DNA of 13,592 bases from an uncultured Leptotrichia sp. (GCA_937925095.1 CALEXX010000013.1:1-13592); one strand, 5' to 3'; shown: positions 1 through 6,963, numbered from the stretch's first letter. Translations and numbers: made by a program. The notes: generated by a model from the sequence alone, not told the origin.

Positions 1-332
1 GAAACGACTACTATTCAGTAAAACCTGAAGTGGGAATAGAATTCAAGTATAAACAGCCAATGGCAGTAAGAACAACATTTGTAACTACTTTAGGTCTAGG
101 ATATGAAAATGAACTGGGAAGAGTAGGAAATGTTAAGAATATGGCAAGAGTAGCATATACAGATGCAGACTGGTTTAATATCAGAGGAGAAAAGGATGAC
201 AGAAAAGGAAACTTCAAGGCTGATTTGAATATAGGAGTAGAAAATCAGAGAGTAGGAGTAACATTTAATGCAGGCTATGATACAAAAGGCCACAATGTAA
301 GAGGTGGAATAGGATTTAGAGCTATTTACTAA
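1..332 (+). CDS. C-terminal fragment of an outer-membrane beta-barrel protein (autotransporter/OMP-like); the 5' end lies upstream of the window
   Basis: Reading frame is open from nt 3 to the TAA at 330-332. It shows alternating hydrophobic/aromatic beta-strand patterning (TTFVTTLGLGY, VGVTFNAGY) and ends in an aromatic residue (…GFRAIY), as OMP barrels typically do. A bidirectional terminator follows. Confidence 0.5.
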   Translation, partial: NDYYSVKPEVGIEFKYKQPMAVRTTFVTTLGLGYENELGRVGNVKNMARVAYTDADWFNIRGEKDDRKGNFKADLNIGVENQRVGVTFNAGYDTKGHNVRGGIGFRAIY

Positions 333-342
333 TAAAGATAAG

Positions 343-381
343 AAAAAAGGCAGTGAAACTTAGGTTTTACCGCCTTTTTTT
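343..381. terminator. Bidirectional rho-independent terminator shared by the convergent OMP gene (+) and lipoprotein operon (-)
   Basis: Stem GGCAGTGAAAC (349-359), loop TTAG, stem GTTTTACCGCC (364-374) with one mismatch and one G-T pair. It is preceded by an A-tract (343-348) and followed by TTTTTTT (375-381), so each strand sees a U-tract after the hairpin. Confidence 0.6.
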
Positions 382-465
382 AAGAGAAAATCTCAAATTT
401 TGTATAAGTTTAAGACACAGTAAAGGATAATAAGGGTGTGTACAAAATTTTGTGTATCTACCCCT

Positions 466-1056
466 CTACTTACCGTTATTTTTATTGTCTTTATTTATTT
501 TTTCCAGTATAGAAGCGAATCCTAAAGTTAGACCATCTATGAACTCTTTATTTTTAGGATTTTCTTCATCAAATTTCCATTCGTTTCCCTCTTTTTTAAA
601 CACAACTTCTACATTTTTTTCAAAATATTTTAAATCTTTTGAATTTAATTTTTCTTCAAAGAATTCTTTTGAAAGGTTTTTAATTTTTGCTTCTGTATCT
701 TCTTCTTTTCCATTTAACGCAGAAAAACTTAATTCCATTGCCTTCTGAAAATATTCAGGGAAATAACTTGCTAATTCAGGAATTTTTAAGTCAACATTCA
801 TAGTTGTAGTATCTCCTTCAACTTTTGCATTTGTAACTTTATAAGTTAATTTTTTATATGCATTTGCAAAAGCTTCAGACATTTCATCGTTAGGATTTGA
901 AAAATTCTTAGTATTAGAAATAATTCCTGTTATATTGGTTGTTTCTCCAGATTGTAACGCATTTAAATCCTTTTCAAGGATTTTCTGTGCTTCAGGTTTA
1001 CCACAACTAACTGTTAACAATAATGTTAACATAATTATAGTTAATATTTTTCTCAT
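466..1056 (-). CDS. Hypothetical lipoprotein (196 aa)
   Basis: N-terminus MRKILTIIMLTLLLTVSCGK is a signal peptide with a lipobox (LTVS-C). An SD-like GGAGTG lies just upstream of the ATG at 1056. It is the last gene of a three-gene minus-strand operon. Confidence 0.7.
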   Translation of the reverse strand: MRKILTIIMLTLLLTVSCGKPEAQKILEKDLNALQSGETTNITGIISNTKNFSNPNDEMSEAFANAYKKLTYKVTNAKVEGDTTTMNVDLKIPELASYFPEYFQKAMELSFSALNGKEEDTEAKIKNLSKEFFEEKLNSKDLKYFEKNVEVVFKKEGNEWKFDEENPKNKEFIDGLTLGFASILEKINKDNKNNGK

Positions 1057-1100
1057 TTAAATCACTCCACTTATTAGTTTTATTATTTTTCAGTTAAAAA

Positions 1101-1772
1101 TCATATATTATCTTTGAACATTACACTGAAGACTATGAATAGCAGTCCACAACATACTAAAAGAGCCTTTTCGCCAAGAAGTTCAGAAAAAAATGAACCT
1201 GCTACTGCACCTATCATAAAAAAGACTATTAGGCCATAATAAATTAAAATATTATGTTTGAAGTCCCTATCTTTTGTAGTTAGATAGTGATATAAGTTTT
1301 CCGTTCCGCTTCTTAGGTTTCCTGTACACATTGTTGTTGCAGAAATATTTCCCCGAATCTTTCTGAAGGCCTGAACCTGGAGGGAACAGACAAAAGAAAT
1401 TGCAATATTTACATAGACATTAAGTTCACCTTTAGGAATAAAGGAAGAAACAAGAAGAACCACTATTTCCATAAGGATTATAATCTGTCTCCAGTGAATT
1501 CTGCTATGTTTAAATTTTTCTTTTATAAATTCGGCAATTAAAATACCAAGTGCAAAAGCCGCAATTGGGAGGAAATAAAACAGTGCCTTCATCCATTTCA
1601 TTTCAATAAGTCTGAGGGCAAAAAAAACCATATTTCCTGTTTGGGCATTTGCAAGAACCTTTCCTCTTATAGTAAAAGTATAGGCATCGGTGAATCCTCC
1701 TACAAGACATAGCAGTAATCCAAGTCTGAAAGTTTCTGCAACCTTTTTTTTATTTTCTTTTTTATTTTCCAT
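1101..1772 (-). CDS. DUF1275/YoaK-like multi-pass membrane protein (223 aa)
   Basis: N-terminal GGFTDAYTF…QTGN motif pattern and about six hydrophobic helices are typical of the YoaK/DUF1275 family. It starts 18 nt downstream of the nitroreductase stop, implying co-transcription. Confidence 0.6.
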   Translation of the reverse strand: MENKKENKKKVAETFRLGLLLCLVGGFTDAYTFTIRGKVLANAQTGNMVFFALRLIEMKWMKALFYFLPIAAFALGILIAEFIKEKFKHSRIHWRQIIILMEIVVLLVSSFIPKGELNVYVNIAISFVCSLQVQAFRKIRGNISATTMCTGNLRSGTENLYHYLTTKDRDFKHNILIYYGLIVFFMIGAVAGSFFSELLGEKALLVCCGLLFIVFSVMFKDNI

Positions 1773-1790
1773 ATAAATAATCCCGCATCA

Positions 1791-2315
1791 TTAAAGAATA
1801 ATTCTTACAAAATCATCTTTTCTAGGTTTAGGAGAAGGAAGCTCACAGTCACGATAGCCTAAAATACAGAATCCTATTCCGGCATATTTATCTTCCACTC
1901 CCCATTCACGTGCAAGATTTCTACCTTCTTCAGATTCGAAAATTTGTCTTGCCCTGTGAATCCAGCATGAATCAACTCCTAGAGCATAAGCTGCATTCAT
2001 AAGATTTCCCATTACAAGGCTTCCGTCTTCAACAAATGTATGTGAAGTAGTGTCTCCAAAAACAACAACTACAGTAGGTGCATTATAAAATGGCTTTGCA
2101 TCCGGATTTCCCATTACTTTTGCATTCATTACTTCCAGAGTTTTTATAAGTTCGGCATTCTGTATGGCAACAATAGATGTTCCCTGAATACCTCTACCAT
2201 TTGCGGCATATGTTCCTGCTTCAAGTATTTGATTTAAAAGACCTGTGTCAATCTTATCATTTTTATATTTTTTGATACTTCTTCTTTCAATCAGATTTTT
2301 CAGTGTTTCATTCAT
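1791..2315 (-). CDS. Nitroreductase-family NAD(P)H flavin oxidoreductase (174 aa)
   Basis: N-terminal LIERRSIKKY matches the RRS(I/V)R(K/R)(F/Y) nitroreductase signature, and the length fits the family. A strong SD AGGAGGAAATC precedes the ATG at 2315. Confidence 0.8.
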   Translation of the reverse strand: MNETLKNLIERRSIKKYKNDKIDTGLLNQILEAGTYAANGRGIQGTSIVAIQNAELIKTLEVMNAKVMGNPDAKPFYNAPTVVVVFGDTTSHTFVEDGSLVMGNLMNAAYALGVDSCWIHRARQIFESEEGRNLAREWGVEDKYAGIGFCILGYRDCELPSPKPRKDDFVRIIL

Positions 2316-2351
2316 AAGATTTCCTCCTGCTGATAAAAATGTTTTTATAAT

Positions 2352-2360
2352 ATTATAACA
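2352..2360 (-). promoter_or_regulatory. Extended -10 element (TGTTATAAT on the minus strand) likely driving the nitroreductase/YoaK/lipoprotein operon
   Basis: The reverse complement of 2352-2360 reads TGtTATAAT, about 30 nt upstream of the nitroreductase SD. No good -35 was seen. Confidence 0.35.
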
Positions 2361-2382
2361 GAAAAATTTGAATTTTAAAAGA

Positions 2383-2411
2383 TTGACAATATGAAATTTA
2401 GAGTATATAAT
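2383..2411 (+). promoter_or_regulatory. Perfect-consensus sigma70-type promoter (TTGACA-17-TATAAT) with no annotated gene downstream
   Basis: TTGACA at 2383-2388, a 17-nt spacer (2389-2405) and TATAAT at 2406-2411, all on the + strand, inside a gap whose two flanking genes are both on the minus strand. Confidence 0.5.
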
Positions 2412-2418
2412 GTATATG

Positions 2419-2650
2419 TAAAAAATAAGGAAATAAAATAAATTTTATATTTCTGGTCTATTTGTTACCGACAATACAATTTTTGGGCTTTACTCTATTA
2501 TAATGGGGTTATCTCTTTATATGCTGAATCAGGAAAATCACGGCGGTCAAGACTTAGCACGGATTCTGTACATCATTATAAACATGACTACCACCTGTAC
2601 ACTTTTACAGGCTACCAAAAATTAAGTCGAAACGGTAGACCGGATTTTTT
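2419..2650 (+). ncRNA. Candidate small RNA (about 230 nt) running from the orphan promoter to a terminator-like hairpin with a U-tract; identity unknown
   Basis: Predicted TSS about 7 nt after the -10. The 2500-2645 segment is GC-richer than its surroundings. Hairpin CCTGTA-CACTTT-TACAGG (2595-2612) is followed by stem GGCTACC / GGTAG(A)CC and GGATTTTTT (2611-2650). The only ORF is a 34-codon frame at 2521 with poor SD spacing. Confidence 0.25.
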
Positions 2651-2908
2651 ATTAAAATTTTTATTGAAAAATAACAAAAAAATTAATGTTAATATTTTCT
2701 TTTAAAAGTTGAAAAAGGGTAAAGATAATAGAAATCCAGTTTTAATAATGAAAAAAGATAAGGAAAAAGATTTAAAATAACAGTGAGTTGAAAAAGGTAA
2801 AAAAAATTTTTTAGGAAGGTATTGCTTTTTATCAAAATCAGGGTATATTTTATTAGTACTTATTTTTAAAAAAGATTTTATCTTTTTTGTCTTTTCATAG
2901 CGTTACTT

Positions 2909-2944
2909 GAAGAGTGGATCCCCAACCACTCTTCTTCTTTTATT
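2909..2944 (+). terminator. Rho-independent terminator oriented for + strand transcripts
   Basis: Perfect 9-bp inverted repeat GAAGAGTGG (2909-2917) / CCACTCTTC (2926-2934) with an 8-nt loop, followed by TTCTTCTTTTATT on the + strand. The minus-strand flank is not U-rich. Confidence 0.5.
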
Positions 2945-2958
2945 CAAACGTTTTAATT

Positions 2959-3621
2959 TTATAGATTTTCACAATTTAATTTATATTTGCCACTTTTGAT
3001 TTTTGTAAGAATTCCCTTGTCACACAGGGAAGAAATTTCTCTCGATAGGGAAGGACGTGTAACTTCAAATTTTTTAGCCAGTTCAGAAATATTAGGCTTA
3101 AATGAAATATATCCATTTTTCTGGTTTTCCTTAATATAGCTGAGGACTTTTTCATTTATTGTTTTATTCATAAAGTTAAACCATATTCTTTTGGAAAGAA
3201 GCTGTCCCTTGTTTGAAATTTCATCCAGAAAATTAACAAGAAGTCTTTCATCCTTCTGCATGGCACTTAGAAAATTATCTTTATTTAAAAATAAAAATTT
3301 TGAATTTTCTGTAGAAATAAGATCTACAGGGAAAGTTCTATTGCTTCCAAAAATAAAAGCGGGAGCAATAAGCTGATACGGAGTAATGTAGTCAATAGTT
3401 ATAGTATCCCCATTAAATTTCTGCATTTCTCCTTTGGAAGTTCCTGACAGGATAATGATAATCTGTTCAAGGGAATCATCTCTAAAGAAAACGGTTTCGC
3501 CTTTTTTGTAGTTCTTAATCTGAAAATTCATGGTTTTCAGAATTTCTTCAATTTCTTCTATATTAAAACCTTTAAACAAAGGTATTCTAGACATTATTTC
3601 ATAAAGTTCCTGAGGTTTCAT
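2959..3621 (-). CDS. Crp/Fnr-family transcriptional regulator (cNMP-binding domain plus C-terminal HTH, 220 aa)
   Basis: N-terminal cNMP-binding-like fold (…PLFKGF…FFRDDSLEQIIIILSG…) and C-terminal HTH ELAKKFEVTRPSLSREISSLCDKGIL, at the length of Crp/Fnr proteins. It is divergent from the asparaginase gene. Confidence 0.85.
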   Translation of the reverse strand: MKPQELYEIMSRIPLFKGFNIEEIEEILKTMNFQIKNYKKGETVFFRDDSLEQIIIILSGTSKGEMQKFNGDTITIDYITPYQLIAPAFIFGSNRTFPVDLISTENSKFLFLNKDNFLSAMQKDERLLVNFLDEISNKGQLLSKRIWFNFMNKTINEKVLSYIKENQKNGYISFKPNISELAKKFEVTRPSLSREISSLCDKGILTKIKSGKYKLNCENL

Positions 3622-3729
3622 AAAGTAATCACTCCCTACATTGAATTTATATAGAATATTTTTTAGTTATCAGATTATACCATAATATTGTATAAATTTT
3701 ACATTTTTAGGAAAAAATGATTTTTTCTA

Positions 3730-3758
3730 TTTAAAAAAGATACAATGTAGGTTATAAT
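3730..3758 (+). promoter_or_regulatory. Putative promoter for the asparaginase gene (TTTAAA-17-TATAAT)
   Basis: TTTAAA at 3730-3735, a 17-nt spacer and TATAAT at 3753-3758, about 40-55 nt upstream of the candidate start codons. Confidence 0.4.
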
Positions 3759-3796
3759 TACTATGTAAAATTAAAAAGTAAACCGGAATTTTAAGA

Positions 3797-4879
3797 ATGG
3801 AGGAAATGAAAATGGAGGATGAAAAAGTTCTCATAATAAATACCGGAGGAACAATAAGCATGGTTCATTCAGATAAAAATGATCCTGAAAGTGCCTTAAG
3901 ACCTTCAAAATCATGGAGTGAAGTTGTGAAAAACTATCAGTTTCTGGAAAATCTGAATGTAGGATACGCACAAATAAAGGATGTTATAGATTCTTCAGAT
4001 ATGAATTGTGAAGTATGGAAGGAAATTGCTGAAATAATAGATGAAAATTACTACAAATATAAGGGATTTGTTATTCTGCATGGAACAGATACAATGTCCT
4101 ATACTGCAGGGATGCTGTCCTTTATGCTGAAAAATTTAGGAAAGACGGTTATTCTTACAGGAGCACAGAGACCTATTCAGGAAGTCAGAAGTGACGGACT
4201 TCAGAATCTTTTAACGTCCATTGAAATAATAGAAAGACAGAATAGGATTCCAGCTGGAAAAAGTGAATATGAATTACCTGTAATACCTGAAGTATGTGTT
4301 TTTTTTAGGGACTATCTTTTTAGGGGGAACAGATCCAGAAAGCTTAATACATCAAACTATTTTGGTTTTTCTTCTCCAAATTATTTGTTTCTAGGGGAAG
4401 CCGGATCAAAAATAAAAGTATATGAAGACAGGCTTTTAAAAATGCCAAAACCTGAAGAAAAATTTTATGTGGATTATGAAATAGACACTAATGTTATAAT
4501 TCTTGATATTTTTCCTGGTTTCAATCCGGAAATTCTTCTGAAAATTTTTTCAGGAAATGAAAATATTAAGGGACTTATCCTGAAAACATATGGAAATGGA
4601 AATGCTCCGCAAAACAAGGAATTTTTAAAGGCATTAAAATTTGTAATTGATTCAGGTGTAGTAGTACTCAATGTTACTCAGTGCAATGAAGGAAGTGTGG
4701 AAATGGGAATTTATGAAGCAAGTTCAGAACTTATGAAACTTGGTGTGATAAGTGGATATGACATGACTCCTGAAGCTGCCATTACAAAATTTATGCATAT
4801 TTTAGGAAAATATAATGACGTGGAAATAATAAAAGAAAAGCTGAATGAGAACATTGCAGGGGAAGTTTCTGGAGTGTAA
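3797..4879 (+). CDS. ansA: Type I (cytoplasmic) L-asparaginase
   Basis: N-terminal VLIINTGGTISM matches the asparaginase TGGTIAG threonine active-site motif, and the 355-360 aa length fits type I enzymes. Three in-frame ATGs occur at 3797, 3806 and 3812. Only 3812 has a well-spaced SD (GGAGGA at 3799-3804, 7-nt spacer), so it is the likely true start. Confidence 0.85.
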   Translation: MEEMKMEDEKVLIINTGGTISMVHSDKNDPESALRPSKSWSEVVKNYQFLENLNVGYAQIKDVIDSSDMNCEVWKEIAEIIDENYYKYKGFVILHGTDTMSYTAGMLSFMLKNLGKTVILTGAQRPIQEVRSDGLQNLLTSIEIIERQNRIPAGKSEYELPVIPEVCVFFRDYLFRGNRSRKLNTSNYFGFSSPNYLFLGEAGSKIKVYEDRLLKMPKPEEKFYVDYEIDTNVIILDIFPGFNPEILLKIFSGNENIKGLILKTYGNGNAPQNKEFLKALKFVIDSGVVVLNVTQCNEGSVEMGIYEASSELMKLGVISGYDMTPEAAITKFMHILGKYNDVEIIKEKLNENIAGEVSGV

Positions 4880-4920
4880 AATAAAAGAAATAAAAAAACA
4901 AAAAAAAATTCAAATTATGC

Positions 4921-4949
4921 TTGTTTAATTTAAAAAAATATGTTAAAAT
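4921..4949 (+). promoter_or_regulatory. Putative rplS promoter (TTGTTT-17-TGtTAAAAT, extended -10)
   Basis: TTGTTT at 4921-4926, a 17-nt spacer, TG at 4941-4942 and TAAAAT at 4944-4949. Confidence 0.45.
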
Positions 4950-4955
4950 ATCACG

Positions 4956-5039
4956 TACATTTAAAAAGGATATTCCGCTTTTATTGTTGCTGCCGAAGAA
5001 TATCGGTATAGATGAAATGAATATCGCGTAAAGAAGGGA
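4956..5039 (+). promoter_or_regulatory. Structured 5' leader of rplS, a possible autoregulatory L19 leader-like element
   Basis: GATATTC (4969-4975) is exactly complementary to GAATATC at 4998-5004 and to a second direct-repeat copy GAATATCG at 5019-5026. This allows mutually exclusive hairpins just upstream of the SD AAGAAGGGAG (5031-5039). Confidence 0.25.
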
Positions 5040-5399
5040 GTGGATTTCTTGAAAGAGAAATTAATCGAATTAGTAGAAAAAGATTATCTTAAATCTGATA
5101 TTCCTCAATTTAAAGCAGGGGACACAATAGCTGTTCACTACAAAGTAAAAGAAGGAAACAAAGAAAGAATACAGGTTTTTGAAGGTGTAGTTATTAGAGT
5201 TTCAGGAGGAAGCGTAGCTAAAAACTTCACTATAAGAAAAGTATCTTCAGGTATAGGTGTTGAAAGAATAATACCTATTAATTCTCCTTTAATCGAAAAA
5301 ATAGAAGTTAAGAGAATAGGAAAAGTAAGAAGAGCAAGATTATATTATTTAAGAAACTTATCAGGAAAAGCTGCTAGAATTAAAGAAATTAGAAAGTAG
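5040..5399 (+). CDS. rplS: 50S ribosomal protein L19
   Basis: Strong full-length similarity to L19 (…[33 protein letters not shown]…GKAARIKE…). The ORF track starts at GTG 5040, abutting the SD. TTG at 5049 has 9-nt spacing from GGGAG and is a plausible alternative start. Confidence 0.9.
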   Translation: MDFLKEKLIELVEKDYLKSDIPQFKAGDTIAVHYKVKEGNKERIQVFEGVVIRVSGGSVAKNFTIRKVSSGIGVERIIPINSPLIEKIEVKRIGKVRRARLYYLRNLSGKAARIKEIRK

Positions 5400-5403
5400 C
5401 TAT

Positions 5404-5430
5404 AAGCTAGCAATTGCTAGCTTTTTCTGT
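5404..5430 (+). terminator. Hairpin and T-tract after rplS (probably a partial terminator or attenuator)
   Basis: Perfect palindrome AAGCTAGC-AATT-GCTAGCTT (5404-5423) followed by TTTCTGTTT. The lepB SD and ATG follow only about 20 nt later, so read-through is likely. Confidence 0.45.
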
Positions 5431-5448
5431 TTATAGGAAAGGAAAAAG

Positions 5449-6963
5449 ATGAATATATTGTTATGGGGAATATTTTATTTAGTAACTGCCATATTTCTTG
5501 GATATTTCTTTTTTAAGGAAAAGGAAGTCATAGATTTTATAAAGGTGAAGGAAGATCTTCTGCTAAATAAAATTTCACTGGAGGAAAATGAAAAAAATTT
5601 AAAGACGGGAAATATCATTACTGTAGCAGGACTGATAGTAACTGTTATTTTCTTTTTTATTTCAGACAGAACGCCTGATGCCAATGTTGGAATAAAAATA
5701 ATAGGTATTTATGCTATGTTTATATTGAATACAGTATTCTTTCTGCTTCGTGCACAGCATGAATGGATATTTATGGGAAATATAGTAATGCTTATACTTG
5801 GCCGTCTGATGTTTAATATAATGGATGTAAAATTTTATATATTTTTAGTAATAAATGCAATATTAGCTTTAGCTCTAATTTTCCTATTTAGACGTCCTAC
5901 CAAAGAGGAAATTACAGAGAGAACTCTTCTGGAGGAAATAAAGGAAGATAAAAAAAATGCCGATAAAAAGATTACGATAGAAAATCTTGAGGAAAAAATA
6001 GACATTGAAAAGAAACGTAGAAGCAGTTTTGGAAAAGCTCTTCACAGGGTTGACATGTCGGTAATGGCAGTAGTGCTTGTACTTCTTATACAGACTTTCT
6101 ATATTGGGAATTATGTAATTCCTACAGGATCAATGGAAGAAACAATAAAGATAAAAGACAGAGTTTTTGCAAATATGGTAAAATACAAATTTACATCTCC
6201 AAAGGTAAATGATATTGTGGCATTTAAAGAACCTATGACAAATAAGCTTATGTTCACAAAAAGATTGGTAGGAGTGGCGGGTCAGACTTTACAGATTAAA
6301 GATATACAGGCAATGGATTTAACAGACCCTTCAACAGTGGATAACGCAGGAAATGTCAGAGTTTCAAATGTTGATGCAGGAAATATTTATTTAGATGATA
6401 AAAAAGCAGAAAAATTGAACAGACCTTACACTAAAGATGGTTTTTTATTAGACAGTAAGATATATATTCCTAAAAAAGGTGATAAAGTAAAAATTGATAA
6501 AATAGTTATAATTCCTAAAGGAAAAGCAAGAATAGAAGGAACAGATAACTTTATTACAGGAACTGACTGGTCAGGATATGGAGATGGAAGTTACAAATTT
6601 TTAACTCCGGAGGAATTTTTAGCTAGAATAGGTACAGATAAAGGGTTTAAGGATATAGTAGGAAACGAAGACCGTTATGAGGAAGGTAATCCAAAATACG
6701 ATGTATACTATACATTCTTTCTTAAAGTGGAAGGAAGAGATGAACTGGTACTTCCTATAATGGACTTTAAATATGATGATGCCCTGTTCCTGAAACTGTT
6801 AAAGGGAGAAAGTTTGACTCTTAATAAGAACTATTATATCGCTATGGGAGATAACACTACAAACAGTCTTGATTCAAGGTTTTTCGGATATGTTGCAGAA
6901 GATAGAATAAAAGGAAAGTTGCTGTTAAGATGGTGGCCGTTAAACAGATTGGGATTAATATAA
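5449..6963 (+). CDS. lepB: Signal peptidase I (LepB family) with an unusual N-terminal extension of about 190 aa and five transmembrane helices (504 aa)
   Basis: Box B VIPTGSME (catalytic Ser), box D TKRLVGVAGQ (catalytic Lys) and box E GDNTTNSLDSRFFGYV are all present. Five predicted TM helices and a charged linker precede the canonical membrane anchor MAVVLVLLIQTF. The upstream 200 codons carry no in-frame stop despite AT-rich DNA. Confidence 0.8.
   Translation: MNILLWGIFYLVTAIFLGYFFFKEKEVIDFIKVKEDLLLNKISLEENEKNLKTGNIITVAGLIVTVIFFFISDRTPDANVGIKIIGIYAMFILNTVFFLLRAQHEWIFMGNIVMLILGRLMFNIMDVKFYIFLVINAILALALIFLFRRPTKEEITERTLLEEIKEDKKNADKKITIENLEEKIDIEKKRRSSFGKALHRVDMSVMAVVLVLLIQTFYIGNYVIPTGSMEETIKIKDRVFANMVKYKFTSPKVNDIVAFKEPMTNKLMFTKRLVGVAGQTLQIKDIQAMDLTDPSTVDNAGNVRVSNVDAGNIYLDDKKAEKLNRPYTKDGFLLDSKIYIPKKGDKVKIDKIVIIPKGKARIEGTDNFITGTDWSGYGDGSYKFLTPEEFLARIGTDKGFKDIVGNEDRYEEGNPKYDVYYTFFLKVEGRDELVLPIMDFKYDDALFLKLLKGESLTLNKNYYIAMGDNTTNSLDSRFFGYVAEDRIKGKLLLRWWPLNRLGLI

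Noticed and set aside
11-293. Minus-strand ORFs 11..217 and 96..293 overlapping the OMP fragment
   Set aside because: They are antisense to a coding region with coherent beta-barrel patterning, give low-complexity Ile/Phe/Ser-rich translations typical of AT-rich antisense frames, and have no SD.
452-748. 98-aa + strand ORF overlapping the lipoprotein gene
   Set aside because: It is antisense to a gene with a clear lipoprotein signal peptide and SD. The translation is Phe/Ser/Leu-rich low complexity, and no RBS is present.
2521-2625. 34-codon ORF (MLNQENHGGQDLARILYIIINMTTTCTLLQATKN) downstream of the orphan promoter
   Set aside because: The only SD-like GGGG is 12 nt from the ATG, and the sequence has no recognisable features. 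I treat the locus as a non-coding RNA candidate, although a small protein cannot be excluded without Ribo-seq.
2419-2650. Assignment of the candidate sRNA to SRP RNA, 6S RNA, tmRNA or RNase P RNA
   Set aside because: None of the conserved motifs recognisable by eye (SRP domain IV GGAAGGAAGCAGCC-like, the tmRNA tag reading frame, RNase P P4 elements) is present. I left it unassigned rather than guess.
3191-3376. 61-aa + strand ORF inside the Crp-family gene
   Set aside because: It is fully embedded antisense in a well-supported CDS and has no SD.
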